Of a DNA stretch of 64,000 bases, positions 61,101 through 64,000 are shown piece by piece. Numbering within the stretch: position 1 is the stretch's first letter; every line of letters starts with the position of its first letter. The DNA is taken from the NCBI GenBank assembly GCA_036172245.1, contig JAYWIR010000084.1, forward strand, positions 248,001-312,000. Direction: 5' to 3'. The translations under genes and the position numbers were made by a program. The DNA comes from Raillietiella orientalis (lineage: Eukaryota). The notes beneath the pieces were generated by a model that was not told where the DNA came from, made no database searches, and saw nothing but the letters and a program-made list of their open reading frames with translations.

Positions 61101-64000
61101 GATTACATCTTTAAGCTCCTTCCGAGCATCCGAACGGATTCCTTTCCCCGTGGATGCAACGGCACCTTTATCACATCCCCGCTTCCTCGGAATCCCTTGC
61201 TCCAAGGGAAGAAATCATAGGAGAACCGAACTAATTTCAAGATGGCAGGATTGGTGTTAGTCTGGTTTTCATGGCAACCATTTTTGCAATGGAGAGATGA
61301 AGTTTTCTTCCCTCCATCTTTCTTATTTCAGTGCAAATTTGCAGTGTCTGGTGATTTCAAGAAAATTTCTATAATGTCTATTACATCGTTCGGCACCTTC
61401 CGAGCATCCGAACGGATTCCTTTCCCCATGTATGCAAAAACACCTTTATCACATCCCCACTTCCTCCGAATCTCTTGCTCCACGTGAAGAAATCATACGA
61501 GAACCGAACTAATTGCAAGATGGCAGGACAGGTGTTAGTCTGGTTCTCATGGCAATCATTTTTGCAAAGGACAGATGAAGTATTTTTCCCTCCATCTTCC
61601 TGATTTCAGTGGAAATTTGCAGTGTCTGCTGATATCTAATCAATTTCTATAATGTCGATTACATCTTTAAGCTCCTTCCGAGCATCCGAACGGATTCCTT
61701 TCCCCGTGGATGCAACGGCACCTTTATCACATCCCCACTTCCTCGGAATCCCTTGCTCCAAGGGAAGAAATCATAGGAGAACCGAACTAATTTCAAGATG
61801 GCAGGATTTGTGTTAGTCTGGTTTTCATGGCAACCTTTTTTGCAATGGACAGATGAAGTTTTTTACCCTCCATCTTCCTTTTTCAGTGCAAATTTGCAGT
61901 GTCTGGTGATTTCAAGACAATTTCTATAATGTCTATTGCATCGTTCGGCTCCTTCTGAGCATCCGAACGGATTCCTTTCCCCGTGGATGCAACGGAACCT
62001 TCATCACATCCCCACTTCCTCGGAATCCCTTGCTCCAAGGGAAGAAATCATAGGAGAACCGAACTAATTTCAAGATGGCAGGATTGGTGTTAGTCTGGTT
62101 TTCATGGCAACCATTTTTGCAATGGACAGATGAAGTTTTTTACCCTCCATCTTCCTTTTTTCAGTGCAAATTTGCAGTGTCTGCTGATATCTAATAATTT
62201 CTATAATGTCGATTACATCTTTAAGCTCCTTCCGAGCATCCGAACGGATTCCTTTCCCCGTGGATGCAACGGCACCTTTATCACATCCCCACTTCCTCGG
62301 AATCCCTTGCTCCAAGGGAAGAAATCATAGGAGAACCGAACTAATTTCAAGATGGCAGGATTTGTGTTAGTCTGGTTTTCATGGCAACCTTTTTTGCAAT
62401 GGACAGATGAAGTTTTTTACCCTCCATCTTCCTTTTTCAGTGCAAATTTGCAGTGTCTGGTGATTTCAAGACAATTTCTATAATGTCTATTGCATCGTTC
62501 GGCTCCTTCCGAGCATCCGAACGGATTCCTTTCCCCGTGGATGCAACGGAACCTTCATCACATCCCCACTTCCTCGGAATCCCTTGCTCCAAGGGAAGAA
62601 ATCATAGGAGAACCGAACTAATTTCAAGATGGCAGGATTGGTGTTAGTCTGGTTTTCATGGCAACCATTTTTGCAATGGACAGATGAAGTTTTTTACCCT
62701 CCATCTTCCTTTTTTCAGTGCAAATTTGCAGTGTCTGCTGATATCTAATTAATTTCTATAATGTCGATTACATCTTTAACCTCCTTTTGAGCATCCGAAC
62801 GGATTCCTTTCCCCATGAATGCAAAGGCACCTTTATCACATCCCCACTTCCTCGGAATCCCTTGCTCCAAGGGAAGAAATCATAGGAGAACCGAACTAAT
62901 TTCAAGATGGCAGGATTTGTGTTAGTCTGGTTTTCATGGCAACCATTTTTGCAATGGACAGATGAAGTTTTTTACCCTCCATCTTCCTTTTTCAGTGCAA
63001 ATTTGCAGTGTCTGGTGATTTCAAGACAATTTCTATAATGTCTATTGCATCGTTCGGCTCCTTCCGAGCATCCGAACGGATTCCTTTCCCCGTGGATGCA
63101 ACGGAACCTTTATCACATCCCCACTTCCTCGGAATCCCTTGCTCCAAGGGAAGAAATCATAGGAGAACCGAACTAATTTCAAGATGGCAGGATTGGTGTT
63201 AGTCTGGTTTTCATGGCAACCTTTTTTGCAATGGACAGATGAAGTTTTTTACCCTCCATCTTGCTTTTTCAGTGCAAATTTGCAGTGTCTGGTGATTTCA
63301 AGACAATTTCTATAATGTCTATTGCATCGTTCGGCTCCTTCCGAGCATCCGAACGGATTCCTTTCCCCGTGGATGCAACGGAACCTTTATCACATCCCCA
63401 CTTCCTCGGAATCCCTTGCTCCAAGGGAAGAAATCATAGGAGAACCGAACTAATTTCAAGATGGCAGGATTGGTGTTAGTCTGGTTTTCATGGCAACCAT
63501 TTTTGCAATGGACAGATGAAGTTTTTTACCCTCCATCTTCCTTTTTTCAGTGCAAATTTGCAGTGTCTGCTGATATCTAATCAATTTCTAAAATGTCGAT
63601 TACATCTTTAAGCTCCTTCCGAGCATCCGAACGGATTCCTTTCCCCGTGGATGCAACGGAACCTTTATCACATCCCCACTTCCTCGGAATCCCTTGCTCC
63701 AAGGGAAGAAATCATAGGAGAACCGAACTAATTTCAAGATGGCAGGATTGGTGTTAGTCTGGTTTTCATGGCAACCATTTTTGCAATGGAGAGATGAAGT
63801 TTTCTTCCCTCCATCTTTCTTATTTCAGTGCAAATTTGCAGTGTCTGGTGATTTCAAGAAAATTTCTATAATGTCTATTACATCGTTCGGCACCTTCCGA
63901 GCATCCGAACGGATTCCTTTCCCCATGTATGCAAAAACACCTTTATCACATCCCCACTTCCTCCGAATCTCTTGCTCCACGTGAAGAAATCATACGAGAA
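28125..64000 (+). repeat. Tandem satellite array, 278-bp monomer, ~129 head-to-tail copies, runs off the window end
   Basis: AAGATGGCAGGATTGGTGTTAGTCTGG recurs every 277-278 bp (e.g. ATG at 33618, 33896, 34174). All copies are in one orientation with high mutual similarity. No foreign insertions seen. Confidence 0.99.

Noticed and set aside
28125..64000. Dozens of repeated 60-100 aa ORFs (MAGLVLVWFSWQP..., MEQGIPRKWG...)
   Set aside because: They are by-products of the satellite. The 278-bp unit is not a multiple of 3, stops and 1-bp indels vary freely between monomers, and there is no recognisable domain.
28125..64000. CRISPR array, 5S rDNA, spliced-leader or snRNA tandem array
   Set aside because: There are no unique spacers and no cas genes. 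I recognised no 5S or tRNA internal promoter boxes. The CATTTTTGC motif lacks the purine flanks of an Sm site.

Overview
This looks like eukaryotic repetitive DNA, and I can support no intact protein-coding or RNA gene in it. It falls into three zones. (1) About 1-11.7 kb is AT-rich sequence forming a decayed inverted duplication. Arms ~2420-4040 and ~7925-9546 are inverted copies, and there is a ~780-bp-arm palindrome at ~4200-5790 with a ~45-bp loop. Identity is patchy and the sequence looks like remnant coding DNA of unknown family. (2) About 11.7-28.1 kb is an essentially gap-free pile of about ten degenerate fragments of one L1/Tx1-like non-LTR retrotransposon lineage in both orientations. 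It includes four ORF1 copies with twin CCHC knuckles, one APE endonuclease N-terminus, several RT pieces and five complete 3' ends. All five 3' ends share AAT(A/G)AA-N13/14-CYGRRTG and lack a long poly(A). The RT carries an insertion of roughly 25 aa before the DxxKAFD motif. (3) 28,125-64,000 is a head-to-tail satellite of 278-bp monomers (~129 copies, continuing past the window end). It has two main monomer types, irregular higher-order duplications and one half-length monomer. The overall layout resembles a pericentromere/centromere boundary, but that is inference. The organism cannot be identified from this sequence. Element boundaries and identities were judged by eye.
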